Shown here: positions 53,557-64,000 of the stretch, in pieces | Layout of the letters: every line of letters starts with the position of its first letter | How positions within the stretch are numbered: position 1 is the stretch's first letter | Origin: Magallana gigas | Taxonomy: Eukaryota | DNA: 64,000 nt | Direction: 5' to 3' | Assembly (NCBI RefSeq): GCF_963853765.1 | Contig: NC_088858.1 | Location: 33,728,001-33,792,000 of the forward strand | The notes under the pieces: generated by a model | The model's input: only the letters and a program-made list of their open reading frames with translations | What the model was told of the DNA's origin: nothing | Database searches by the model: none | Program-made: the position numbers and the translations under genes

Positions 53557-55523
53557 CATGAAGACTGCTAAGTAAATGTAACGGAAGTAGTCATGTTACA
53601 TGACGTAATGTACACTGGGGCGGTAACAACCAATTAATTTATATACCATAGATATATTAATCAATTTTCTCGGATGTTATCGTACCACAGTGGCTGAAAG
53701 ATGTTTACTTTTATTACGGTTACCTAGGCTAGGCAAGTCTTCGGAAAATTGGAAAGCATGAAAAGAAAGCAATACATCTACTGCGATTATTGCCAACCGG
53801 TGTTTGTTGGTCTATGGCGAGCATGCTGGTTGAAGATAGAATTGCCATGTTAATAGAAATGTCTGTATCTATCTGAAAATGCGCGCTTATTATTGACTCT
53901 TAATGAAATGAATAAAGTTATCTTTTGTGCAAAATTATCGTGTATGTTTAAAAGATACATGTATTTCACAGATACCTGTTATATGCTGGCTCTTCAATAA
54001 AGGTAGATATATGGGTGTGTAGTAAATCGAGAGTAAAATAATTTTATGGGATGATTCAAGTACACCAATTTCTTTTTGAAAGTGTTGAAAAATGTAAAAG
54101 TAAATAATTTCCATTTGCCCTTATGGGAATACCTTGTTTCTAAACTTATTTTCAATTCTTTCAACCATTCAATGAATCTTAAAACACTAGTTAGTAATTT
54201 GATATCTATTTGAGAAAACATCCATGCAAGAAATTCTAAAGTTTTCAAAGAGAAAAAACTATTGGAGTTAATATCAACGTCTTTGATTCAAGATTCGTTT
54301 ATTAAAGCCTACCTATACGTAACATTTTATAAATGCACAATACAGTCAAATGTCTTTCATCAAACAGTATACTTGAAGAACTGTAGCTCAACGGGAAATT
54401 TGGGTTGACAACACGTCAACACAAATATCTCGTGATGCTACAGTTCTGTGGCTAGTCAAACAGCCACATGTAGTAACATTAATTTTGAATGTGAATAACT
54501 CTACATTCGGTTTCTATCTCGTTTCAGATATAGTCTTTAACTTGGATGTTTATAATATTGATGGTATATTTAAATATTAAAATATTTTATGACGAATTAA
54601 ATTTAACAAAAATCGTTTATTTTTTAATGGTTTGAAACTCATACGTAATAGTTTTATTGCGAGAGAGAATTAGCACGATGGTTCTAAAATTTATACTAGC
54701 ATACATATATATATAAGTATGTACTATAATGTAATGAATTGCTTATATTTCTCATTTTTCAAGTATAAAGTAACGTTTAGAAAACAAAATTAATTGGCGA
54801 TATTTTTGTTGTTAAATTTGTGCCTTGATTGAGTTTTTTGCCCCCCTACACAATATTAGAAACGTCTACGGTACCGAGTCAAATGATACACGTTTGCTCC
54901 TGAATAAAATGTTCTTTTAGATGCAGTACAGTTGTTAAAATAGCTATTAGGTTGTCTACCTTTTAATCTACTGATTTTTGATAAAGGTCGAGATTATTTT
55001 TTTTTGGTGTATCCTTGAGTGCGAACAGGGCAAATAGCAGGGATTCTTGGCCAACAGCAAAGTAAACAATCTTAGATTAAAACATTACGGCCACAGTGTA
55101 TCACTTTTCCAGCATTTCACCTCGAGTGTTAGAGGGGAATTCCGTTAAACAAAAGTTAAAAGATAAAAACTAATTAACACTGTTATACATGTATTTTAAG
55201 ACGTCTTTGCATTGAATACAATAAGAACAATTTGGTGCATACGTAAATGTATAAAGTCCGCCATGACACATAGATATTATACACAATTTAATCCCTCAAA
55301 TAACACATGGTAATTATAACCAAATTACTTAATCGCTATGTGTATACCACTGAGATATATTCCTTAATTCCAGGTCTTCGGGGGATGCCAATGATGATAA
55401 TGATGAGTTTTTACATTAGACAACGCATTCATGGGCAAACCCGAGTTTCCTCAATAAAAGAAGAATTAGCATCCAGAATCGGACACGAGTTCCGTTGTTA
55501 GTCGTGTTAGGACTCGTTTTTTT

Positions 55524-55820
55524 TTACTCCGGTTTTGTGCTATTTTCGATTTTTGGAACGCCGCTTTGGTCTGACGACGGAACTCCGTTAACTTGATCAG
55601 GTTGTTCGTTTTTTCCAGGTGATTTTGTGGACTGTTGATCGGAGCTCGTTACAGGTGATTTTGTGGACTGCAGTTCGTAACACTGATTCTTGTCCAGATA
55701 GCCGTGACTCAACGCCGAGAGTATGAAGTCGATTGTCTTAGTGTAGACGTTCGCCATGTAATCTGTGTAGCGATCTCCGAGAGTAATTTTCACAGCTTCC
55801 AGAAACGGTTCTTTGATTTT
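55524..55820 (-). CDS. GbXL: Globin B (globin X-like paralog), last coding exon: helices G-H plus ~55 aa disordered tail
   Basis: TTCTTTCTCCCTCCAG|AAA ATC; KIKEPFLEAVKITLGDRYTDYMANVYTKTIDFILSALSHGY...KPE*; phase 0; shares PFLEAVKITLGDRY with globin A. Confidence 0.95.
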   Translation of the reverse strand, partial: KIKEPFLEAVKITLGDRYTDYMANVYTKTIDFILSALSHGYLDKNQCYELQSTKSPVTSSDQQSTKSPGKNEQPDQVNGVPSSDQSGVPKIENSTKPE

Positions 55821-58800
55821 CTGGAGGGAGAAAGAAGAAAAGATTGGTAGATAAAGATTGTTAGAGTTGCAATAGCAATGGTGATGCATATTTGAACTCT
55901 CTATAGGGAATCAATAATGTTTGATCTTTCAGAATTTTAATGCTTCAAATGACAGGCACATCACAATATCTCTGACTTCGTTAACAGTACATAATTCAAT
56001 ATTTAACCTTTGTAACATTTCGCTGAACATGAACTATTAAATCATATATGAGATATTTCCCAACGCCTCTCTCCCCCCCCCCCCCCCCAAAAAAATGGAA
56101 TGAGAAAATATGGCATTATAAGCTATATAGATGCACTAATTGAATTCTTTTGTTATTGTTGAATGCATGCTATTGCATGATATACATACGTAATTGACTT
56201 TGATACAAGAAGGGCGGAAAGCGACGACACCAACCCTTTGAGCATAAATGTTTCACAAATTAAAACATTTAAAGTAAATCGAATCAACTTTAATGGCCAT
56301 GCAAATCATTAACAAAGATCAGTTTTAGAAAGTGTACTCTCTGATGTATGCGTTCGTTTTTTCACACCAGAAACGAATGAAATACCGTATGACGTCAACC
56401 CAACTAAAATAAATTGAAATAATTTACTTGATTGGTTGCTAAATATTTTTTATATCAAACAGAACAAAGATGTTTCCTTTGGAGAATGATACTTCAAACG
56501 AGTTCCCAATTTTCCTTTAGCTAAATAGTTCAGAAAGTTTTATAGCCAATTTCAAATAACTGGGCTAAGTAGTAAAACGACGTCATTGTAGAGACTTTAT
56601 AATCTTTCATTGTACTATACAATAAAATTCATGAATTTTTTCGGATAAAAAAATGAAAGCTTTAAGCAATACATGGAAACGCCAAGTATTGTTTTTAACA
56701 GTGAACACTTAAGTAAAGTATGTACACACAACATTTCTCTCCTTTTGATATAAAACTGAATGTACAACTTGTAAAAAAAAAACCAAGATTGGAGGCACAA
56801 TTGTGAAGGGTGATTTTATCATCGGAATTTCTTTTCAAGAATAAAATTCCACTGGAAATGAGTATGAGTATATTGTTACATGTTTTATTGTTTCATTAAA
56901 AAAAAAACCTTTGAATGGATGGTCGATTTTTTTTTTTATAGAAAAAACGTTGTTATTGGTCCAGTTATTGGCTATTGATAAAATAGGATCGACGAAGCAA
57001 ACGTTTTCACAGATAATATCTTTTTTTGGGGGGTCATTTCGTTGGAAGAATTGATTAAATCAGAGTCGTAATTATCCCTCACGAACCGTGATCAAATTTT
57101 TTTCCTCGCCAAAAATGACGAACTCCGGTAAAACAGATGCACGTCTGTCCTCGGTCGACTGCGCGATCGGTTTAAGAGAGTGTCCACCAATCGACCCTTA
57201 TAAACACTAATCTCATTGACCAGGATCGAAGCTCCTCACTTTATTGCATTTATTAATGAGATTTTGTCTATTTCCCATTTTCTTATATGACCGAAAATGA
57301 ATAGGAGTAGCTTCAAATTGACTCGAGCAATGAATATGTGAACATAGAAAATTGATGATGGTTGTAGCGTTGACACTCGCCAATACCATTTCGCGATCGG
57401 GAAGAAAAGTTCTAAATAGGAATCAATAACAGACCAGACCAGGAATTCTTTCCTCTTTTTCCAGAATAAGAGGTTGAAGAAAGGGACAATTAACCTCCAT
57501 GATCAAACGGATGAACAAATTTCTATTAGGGCAATATTTCATATTATTTTAATTGTATGGTTTACTAAACAATTAAAATTTTCAAAGCATTTATGGAATC
57601 AACATGATCTTTTTAAACGAAAATGTGGGCTTTCGGGCTGTGGCGTAAATGTACTCTTTTGTGTGTTGTTATTTTAAACGATTTTTACCAATTGATTAGA
57701 ATCAAATCATAGCGCAATGTCTTGCCCGCCTCATGAAGCGAGGCTTAATGGTAACACGTAAAAAAAAAATCGGTGAAAAATGAAAGTTGAATCAGGGTGC
57801 TAAGTGCTAAAAATTTTCTTCCAGCTCATTGGCACCGCTTGTCGATATATATTGCCCCTAAATTCTATTAAAAAACTTTCCAATGTTTCAAGCTAACTTT
57901 AAAGTAATTTAAATGAAAATGATTGACTGTGCAAATCAGTGCTTTAACCAGGAGATACGACTTGTTTCACGTATGTTCTATCGGATTGTTATGTTGAAAT
58001 GAAAAAAAACCAAAAACATTAAGAAATCGATCTTTTAGATATTAAATAGACTAGTTAGCGAATTTTAATTCACAATTAATATGCTTCTGATTAGACAAGC
58101 GGATTCAAATAAATGTATGTGTTTCAAACTTTTTATTTTTTCTGTTTTGTACTGTCTCTGATTTCATCAAATAATTTGCGCTTGGTCACATCATTTACAT
58201 ATTATAACTAACTCTATTTTTGGGGGGGGGGGGGGGGAGGGGGGGGGGTCTGGTGTACCTGTAATGCTGCAGCTTTTGTCAATACTATTAGTCATCCTAA
58301 TCATTAACAGTTTGTATAAAAGTCACGAAAATTTCAATTGACAAACAGAGATGAAAACACAGTGCTTTAAATTCAAACAAACTTAATCAAATTGAACCTT
58401 TTCAAAAATTCATGGTAAAAAAGGTCATTACTGTATATTGAGCGCTACTTTGCGACATTTTAACCATTAATAAAACAAATTTGTTGATCATCCTGCACGT
58501 TGATGTACGGGTGAATAAGTTTTGCTTTGTGAGCCCTTTTACAAAGAAAAAACATGTTATGGTCCTCTAACTCAATAAACCATCTTTGAAATCGATTCAT
58601 CGACTCTCTTGCTCCAAGACTGTTGCCCCAACTCTTTTAAATTATTTACTTAACATGCTTCATGAGATTCATCACAGCTATTTGAGGGGAAAACATAATG
58701 CAGGGGTAATGTTTTTCTCATTCATCGCTCAATATAGACTATCCATTTACCAATGTCGAATAAAGATAACCGTTAGAGAGCTTCGCATCAATTTACAGTT

Positions 58801-59624
58801 TTATTGACCATTAATCTGTGACATATACAACATCAAACAATATTTTCTTTTTTTTAATTCAACAGAAAAGCGACATTTTCAAAAGTTATTTTCAATCGAT
58901 TTCAAATCTTTGAAGAATTGCAATTATCGTTCTGATGAAAACTTGTCGTCAGCGAAGTGCTAAATTGTGTAGTTCTTCGAGATCAAATCGGATTTTATTT
59001 TCGCTGGTGTTGTTCAAGTGATAATAAATCTATCATTTTTACAACTCTATTGGGTGTTTAAGGTTCGTTAAGTAACTAAATTCTGATCAATTAGAGATCT
59101 AGCTACTCCTTTAAAAACTTGTTTTTAGGGAATTTTCTCTTTAATTTTTGAGCAGTGTTATCTTAGTGATGCGACTTTATATAAATAGTGCTTGTTTCGG
59201 AGGATAACAGCATCGGTTGACAATGGTTTTCTCGGGGTGTCAATTTCAATTGTTACCCTCCCAAACAGGCACTATTTATAATATAATACTGAATGTCTTC
59301 TTAATTTTAGAGAAAAATTTATTTCTTTTATATAGAAATGACGTGAATTCTAAGGCGAACCGTACGCGCATGTAATAATTCGTTGTGTTACCCGTTGCTA
59401 AGTGTGTTGCTTACGCTGAGTGTAATAGAACGGATTATAATAATCATAAACTGCGTTTAAACCAATCAGATTTCAGTATTCATCATGAAAGTATAATAAT
59501 ACACTTTACCGAGTACACATTTAATTTCGTTCAGTACATGCACGTACTTTTTAAAATTTTTGCAAATTTAAGCTTACTGGAATCAGGTCGACAGTCATAG
59601 TCTTATCCATTCGCTAGGGAAACA

Positions 59625-59857
59625 AAACCATATTAACAAGGCCTTGGACTTTCAGTAGGACGTAACTGTCTATTTCTTCTGTCAAAACAAGTTTAAGATG
59701 AAGCTGCCGCTTGTTTTAAGCGAAATATACACCGATAGCTCAAAATTGTTGATTTCAAAGAGCCATAGCCGAGTGGCCTACGATAAAATATATAGGCCTA
59801 AGTCACATTGTCGTTTGGCACAACTACCCAAAGTCCAAGCTGTTGTTAAAATGGTCC
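59625..59857 (-). mobile_element. MITE family 1, copy E
   Basis: AACCATATTAACAAGGCCTTGGACTTT ... AAAGTCCAAGCTGTTGTTAAAATGGTCC|TA. Confidence 0.85.
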
Positions 59858-60049
59858 TAGTGTACTGTCTTTGCTAATGAATTCTAATCACACGAAACAC
59901 TGTCAAACTAAACGAGTTGTGAACGCGATGTATGCAAAACATGGATGATAAAATTAATATGTTACAAGTATAACTTAAAATACTTTCGCGCCCTCTTCCG
60001 TGTCAGCCCTGGTTTCCCATATTCCTTTGCATAGCGCCATTCCTATATA

Positions 60050-60298
60050 GAACCATTTTAACATGAGCTTGGACTTTGGGTAGTTGGTGTCAAACAGCAT
60101 TGTGACGTAGGCCTGTCTATTTTATTGCTGGCCACTCAGCCATTGTTCTTTGAAATCAACAAGATTTGTCTGGCTTTTGAGCTAAAACTACGCAAGTGGT
60201 TATATTTCACTTGAAATCAGTGTCATTTTCAACCTCTTTGACGCAAGAAATAGATAGTTACGTCCTACTGAAAGTCCAAGGCCATGTTAAAATGGTTC
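60050..60298 (+). mobile_element. MITE family 1, copy F
   Basis: TA|GAACCATTTTAACATGAGCTTGGACTTT ... AAAGTCCAAGGCCATGTTAAAATGGTTC|TA; inverted relative to copy E. Confidence 0.9.
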
Positions 60299-63200
60299 TA
60301 TCATTGTAAAATTTCGAATATAAAATTGACCAGAAATACATGTATGTACTTGATGATCAAAGAGTGTTCGCGCTTGTTAGTTTGTTATGTAACAATTACT
60401 CTTGTTATTGTGTTAGATGTCTGCTTTTGTCCATAAATAAGTATTGATAAAGGATCATTCTTGATGGAACGTTAATGCTGAGTGGATTTGACCCAGGGCC
60501 AAATTAATCGGGGAACGTCTTGGCGGAAACAGTAAAATAAATGTCAATAACTTGATACTCTTTGATGGAAATCCTTGCGGATGGACACACACGCCTTTGT
60601 AACATAATTCGCGCCAAAGTTGTGGGTAATGGTAATGGAATGGCAGCTATAACTGATCGATCATCTATATACATGTAGTATTCATTTATATAAGTCTTGC
60701 GTAAACACAAAAAAGTCTTACAATAATATTCCTTTTTGACTGGCCCTCTTTTGTTCTATATGGCGCATTTCAAAACATGCTGGCACAGTGTTATGTACAA
60801 AGAGTCCAAAGAACTATCTTCCCTAGTAAGGGATTACAAGCAGATCGTATAATTATGTAAATCCGTGGGTGGCCAAGCTACCAAAGAACAATCCCGTTAA
60901 TGTTATGTCTACCTTGAATCTGACTACATCTTAGGTTACCTTGGTCTCAAATTACCAATTTATGTGGATTAATAAAAATTAGTTGAAATGATGCGCAAAT
61001 TCTAGATCAACGATCCTTTTAATAAAAACTTTCATCAAATATATTTTTTGGATGGACATGTAATTTTAAATATCTCTTAAAGAACAATACCTCCGAAAAT
61101 GGATGGAACTTCGGTATCTAAAAGACCAAGCATATAGGTGCTTGAGAACAAGACCCCCTCTCTAATGTTAACTCACGGGGTACATGACTTGCATGTCTTT
61201 TTATACGCTGGTTGGGGGTGTTTTCACAACAAGTAATTCAATTTCCCTTATTGATTTTAAGATATTTTGGAAGGGACATGTTGGGTATACATGATTAAAA
61301 ACGAATTTCTATCAAAGGGAGAATCAACTGCCCCTGGAATCAAAACCTTTGAGGAGAGGGGGGGGGGGGGGGGGTGGTGCCCTTTCCTCAAGCACCTGTG
61401 GGACCAACAGAATAACAAGGAACGTGTTTTACTCCCTCTTATGTCAAACATTTCTCCACAAAACAATCACTTGTTTTGTTTTAAACCCCAAAGCAGACAA
61501 TTTAACGTATCCATGTATAGTGGGTGCGGAGGATGACAGCATTACAGCCAGTAATCACTATAAACATGCAAGGTCTTATAGTGCTGCGTTGGATTTTCTC
61601 CTTTTTTATCTACAATTAGTGCCTTGGTATCGTCTTCAGAATTTTCACCAACGACTTCTGCAAAATAGAGCCTTGCGTTTGGAATAGAATTATTTTATAG
61701 AATTATTTTTTTTTAAAGAACTTCATTTGGGGACCATTGAGTAAGATAATCAATAAAAACCAATAATGTAATAATTAGGCTTTCCACAGTCAGGAATTAC
61801 ATCTCCAGCATCGTTCGCTAACTTAGTAGAGTAAAAAAAAATCTGATCAATGACATATTAAGCTTTGGTCCCAATAAAACCTAGAGATGCGGTATAGAAT
61901 TCTGTGGCAGACTCTACTAACTTAAGTGCTGCAAAGCTTATGAAAACCCTACATTTGTGTTCTTAACTAGGTTTTATAGAATACGTTTTGTATACAAATT
62001 GAATTTCTTAGGCATCCATAATCCACCCATTCCTACAGGATGTGCTGAAAGCGTGAAGTGATACTCGTTGAGAGGAAAAAAAACGGAACTTTTTCCTGGG
62101 TATAAATGGCTTTATTGTAGCTTTAGCGTCAAGTCTTATTATAGTTCGAAACTAAGGAATTGGATAAAACTGAAGAAGAATTGGAAATGTTGACTTTTGA
62201 TGTATAGACATTATCCTCTAAAGATTTGCTATTGCACAATACCGTTAACTAAGATTTTTTATTCGGGGAATGGTAAGTTTAAAAAAAAAGTTTATCGCAG
62301 TTTTTTCCCCACATAGATGATGATGGCAAATTCATCCTTCGGAGACATCAGCTTCATGAGAAAAAAAATCACTAGATAGTTAATTAGCTAACATCATTCT
62401 AAAATGTCTATCTTAAAGGTCACTGATGCAACACCGATACAGTATTACAACAAACACAAACAATTGTGAAATACAACACACATAAGAATTTCACAGCCTA
62501 AAATATCGGAAATGCAGTAATCCTTGTATGTAGATCGTGCTTGTAACATTCTTGCATTATTGTTCCACGATAATTGAAAAAAAAATAATCAATTGATTCA
62601 AATTAAGGAGGAACAGAAAGGTATGTTAAATTTTCATGAAACGAAGGAAAGATCGCGAGCAAAAAACCGATCAAAACTCGATCTATGGATAGAAAAAAAA
62701 TTTACAATAGCGTCTGTTAGCATACTGTTGAAATATTTATTTAGTAGATTTGAGTTATTCATTATTATGCGAATTTTAAGAGCGATAAAAACAAAGGGGG
62801 GGGGGGGGGGTAAATCAATACAGAACCTGATGGCGAAGTTCATTGTGAGGAAGGAGTGTATTGCCTTAAGGTTTGAAACTAAGTTTTCGTGACTTTACAG
62901 TTAGTCATACGCTGGTTTATGCTGAGCTTTAGTTCTGCAAAGATCTGCCTCGTTGTCTCTTGACGAATTAATTACAAATCAGGAAAGGAGTTTTTTTTTT
63001 AATTGATTCTGCTTTCACAAAAGACTTTGTAAGATTTGGGCATCGTACTACGAAAAAATAAGTACCACGAGAGGCTAAGTATACCAAATTATTTATTTTC
63101 CAAATAGATAATCTTTATTTCGCCACACAATCAGCAAAAAATTTGAAGCCATATTAGGTATGTTTATTTCCATTCTTTGAATCACCGACTGGAAATGACT

Positions 63201-63392
63201 TGTAAGCGTGCTTCGAAAAAATCGACAGAACATTCCCTCTACGCTACGAGGAAGCCGTTAATAAATGCGATCAGAGAGAAAAAAAAAACAACTTTAAATA
63301 AACGTCTGGAACATTGTACATTTAATATACATCATCGGGTAAAAAAAAAAATCAACTCCCTGTAGGACCATTGTTCCTCATCGAGCACTTAC

Positions 63393-63624
63393 CCCAAAAT
63401 TTTCCGAACTAAAGTCGATAAAACGCTGATGTGTGGCCCCCGTGCGGTGGAGGTGGTCAATGACGTAGTTATAGTTGTCAATGTTGGAAATAGCTTCATC
63501 TAATGTTGTCATTACGAACGTAGCGTGATGTTCTAAGGCCTCATTCTCTCTCATGTCGTCCTCCGTTTCAAGCTTACTGAAGTGTGCAAATATGTACTTA
63601 AGGTTGGCGTTGGTTTTGAAGAGT
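63393..63624 (-). CDS. GbXL: Globin B coding exon 2 (absent from the ORF track)
   Basis: TTTTTTGACAG|A CTC TTC; LFKTNANLKYIFAHF...EHHATFVM...TGATHQRFIDFSSENFG|GTAAGT; 232 nt, same length and phases as globin A exon 2; 35/77 aa identical; E7 and F8 His conserved. Confidence 0.96.
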
Positions 63625-64000
63625 CTGTCAAAAAAAAATAGGATAAATAAAATAAAATGTAATTTTCATTATATTGATAAGGTTCTATTTTGGCGTCTTT
63701 GATTTAAATAAATGTTCTTCAATAAGACTAAGAGTCCGATAGCTCTAACCTTAGATGCTGCTGCGAACGAATGCAAGCTTTTATTTCATTGTGGCAATAT
63801 TGCCCCGAAGATCTATAACCGCTAACGATAAAAATCTAGTAGTTCTGTCTCAGCGAATTTGATTAAGATACGTAACTAAGAACCTGGTATTACAAATTGT
63901 CTTGTAATAATAATAATCTTTTTTTTGCAACAGAGTCAGAAAATTGCGACTTTTACCAAGTAATGTTGTCTTTAAATGTCTGAGTATTCAGTTAATTGTA

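Noticed and set aside
32198-55523. A third globin paralog or extra globin exons between the two genes
   Set aside because: Looked by eye for SWK, HA..VM, TG..H and PFLEAV patterns on both strands and found none; TBLASTN would be needed to exclude degraded copies.
55350-55523. Coding continuation of globin B beyond the TAA in the A-run
   Set aside because: The stop is T followed by an A-run, so homopolymer length errors would not remove it; downstream frames close quickly.
7179-60298. Recurring ~30-bp motif AACCATTTTAACAAGAGCTTGGACTTT as a CRISPR-like repeat
   Set aside because: Copies are dispersed and occur as inverted pairs ~250 bp apart with TA flanks; these are MITE TIRs in a eukaryotic genome.
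1183-63365. Most ORFs in the six-frame track
   Set aside because: Short, AT-rich, often spanning N gaps, microsatellites or MITEs; no recognisable domains. Only 21424, 29820, 55524 (globin exons) and 51483 (Harbinger) are supported.

Overview
Eukaryotic, AT-rich (roughly one third G+C) genomic DNA with two short assembly gaps. The repeat landscape (TACATGTA excess, G/C runs, (CT)n, Helentron/HINE-type elements, TA- and TTAA-flanked MITEs) suggests a bivalve, probably an oyster (inference). The only well-supported genes are two paralogous globin X-like (GbXL, often annotated neuroglobin-like) genes pointing towards each other. Globin A (+ strand) is complete: CDS 21424-21644, 29819-30050 and 32045-32197, 201 aa, N-terminus MGCRLS (myristoylation/palmitoylation motif), introns at the ancestral globin positions B12.2 and G7.0. 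Globin B (- strand) has exon 2 at 63393-63624 and its last exon at 55524-55820, with a disordered C-terminal tail; its first coding exon lies beyond the window. The rest is intronic/intergenic DNA full of non-autonomous transposons, a decayed PIF/Harbinger transposase and weakly supported gene relics. No rRNA, tRNA, CRISPR array or prokaryotic system was seen. Most listed six-frame ORFs are spurious. The most original signal is about 39 copies of TACATGTA; one is visibly a 6-nt insertion at a TA, as expected for a Tc1/mariner excision footprint.
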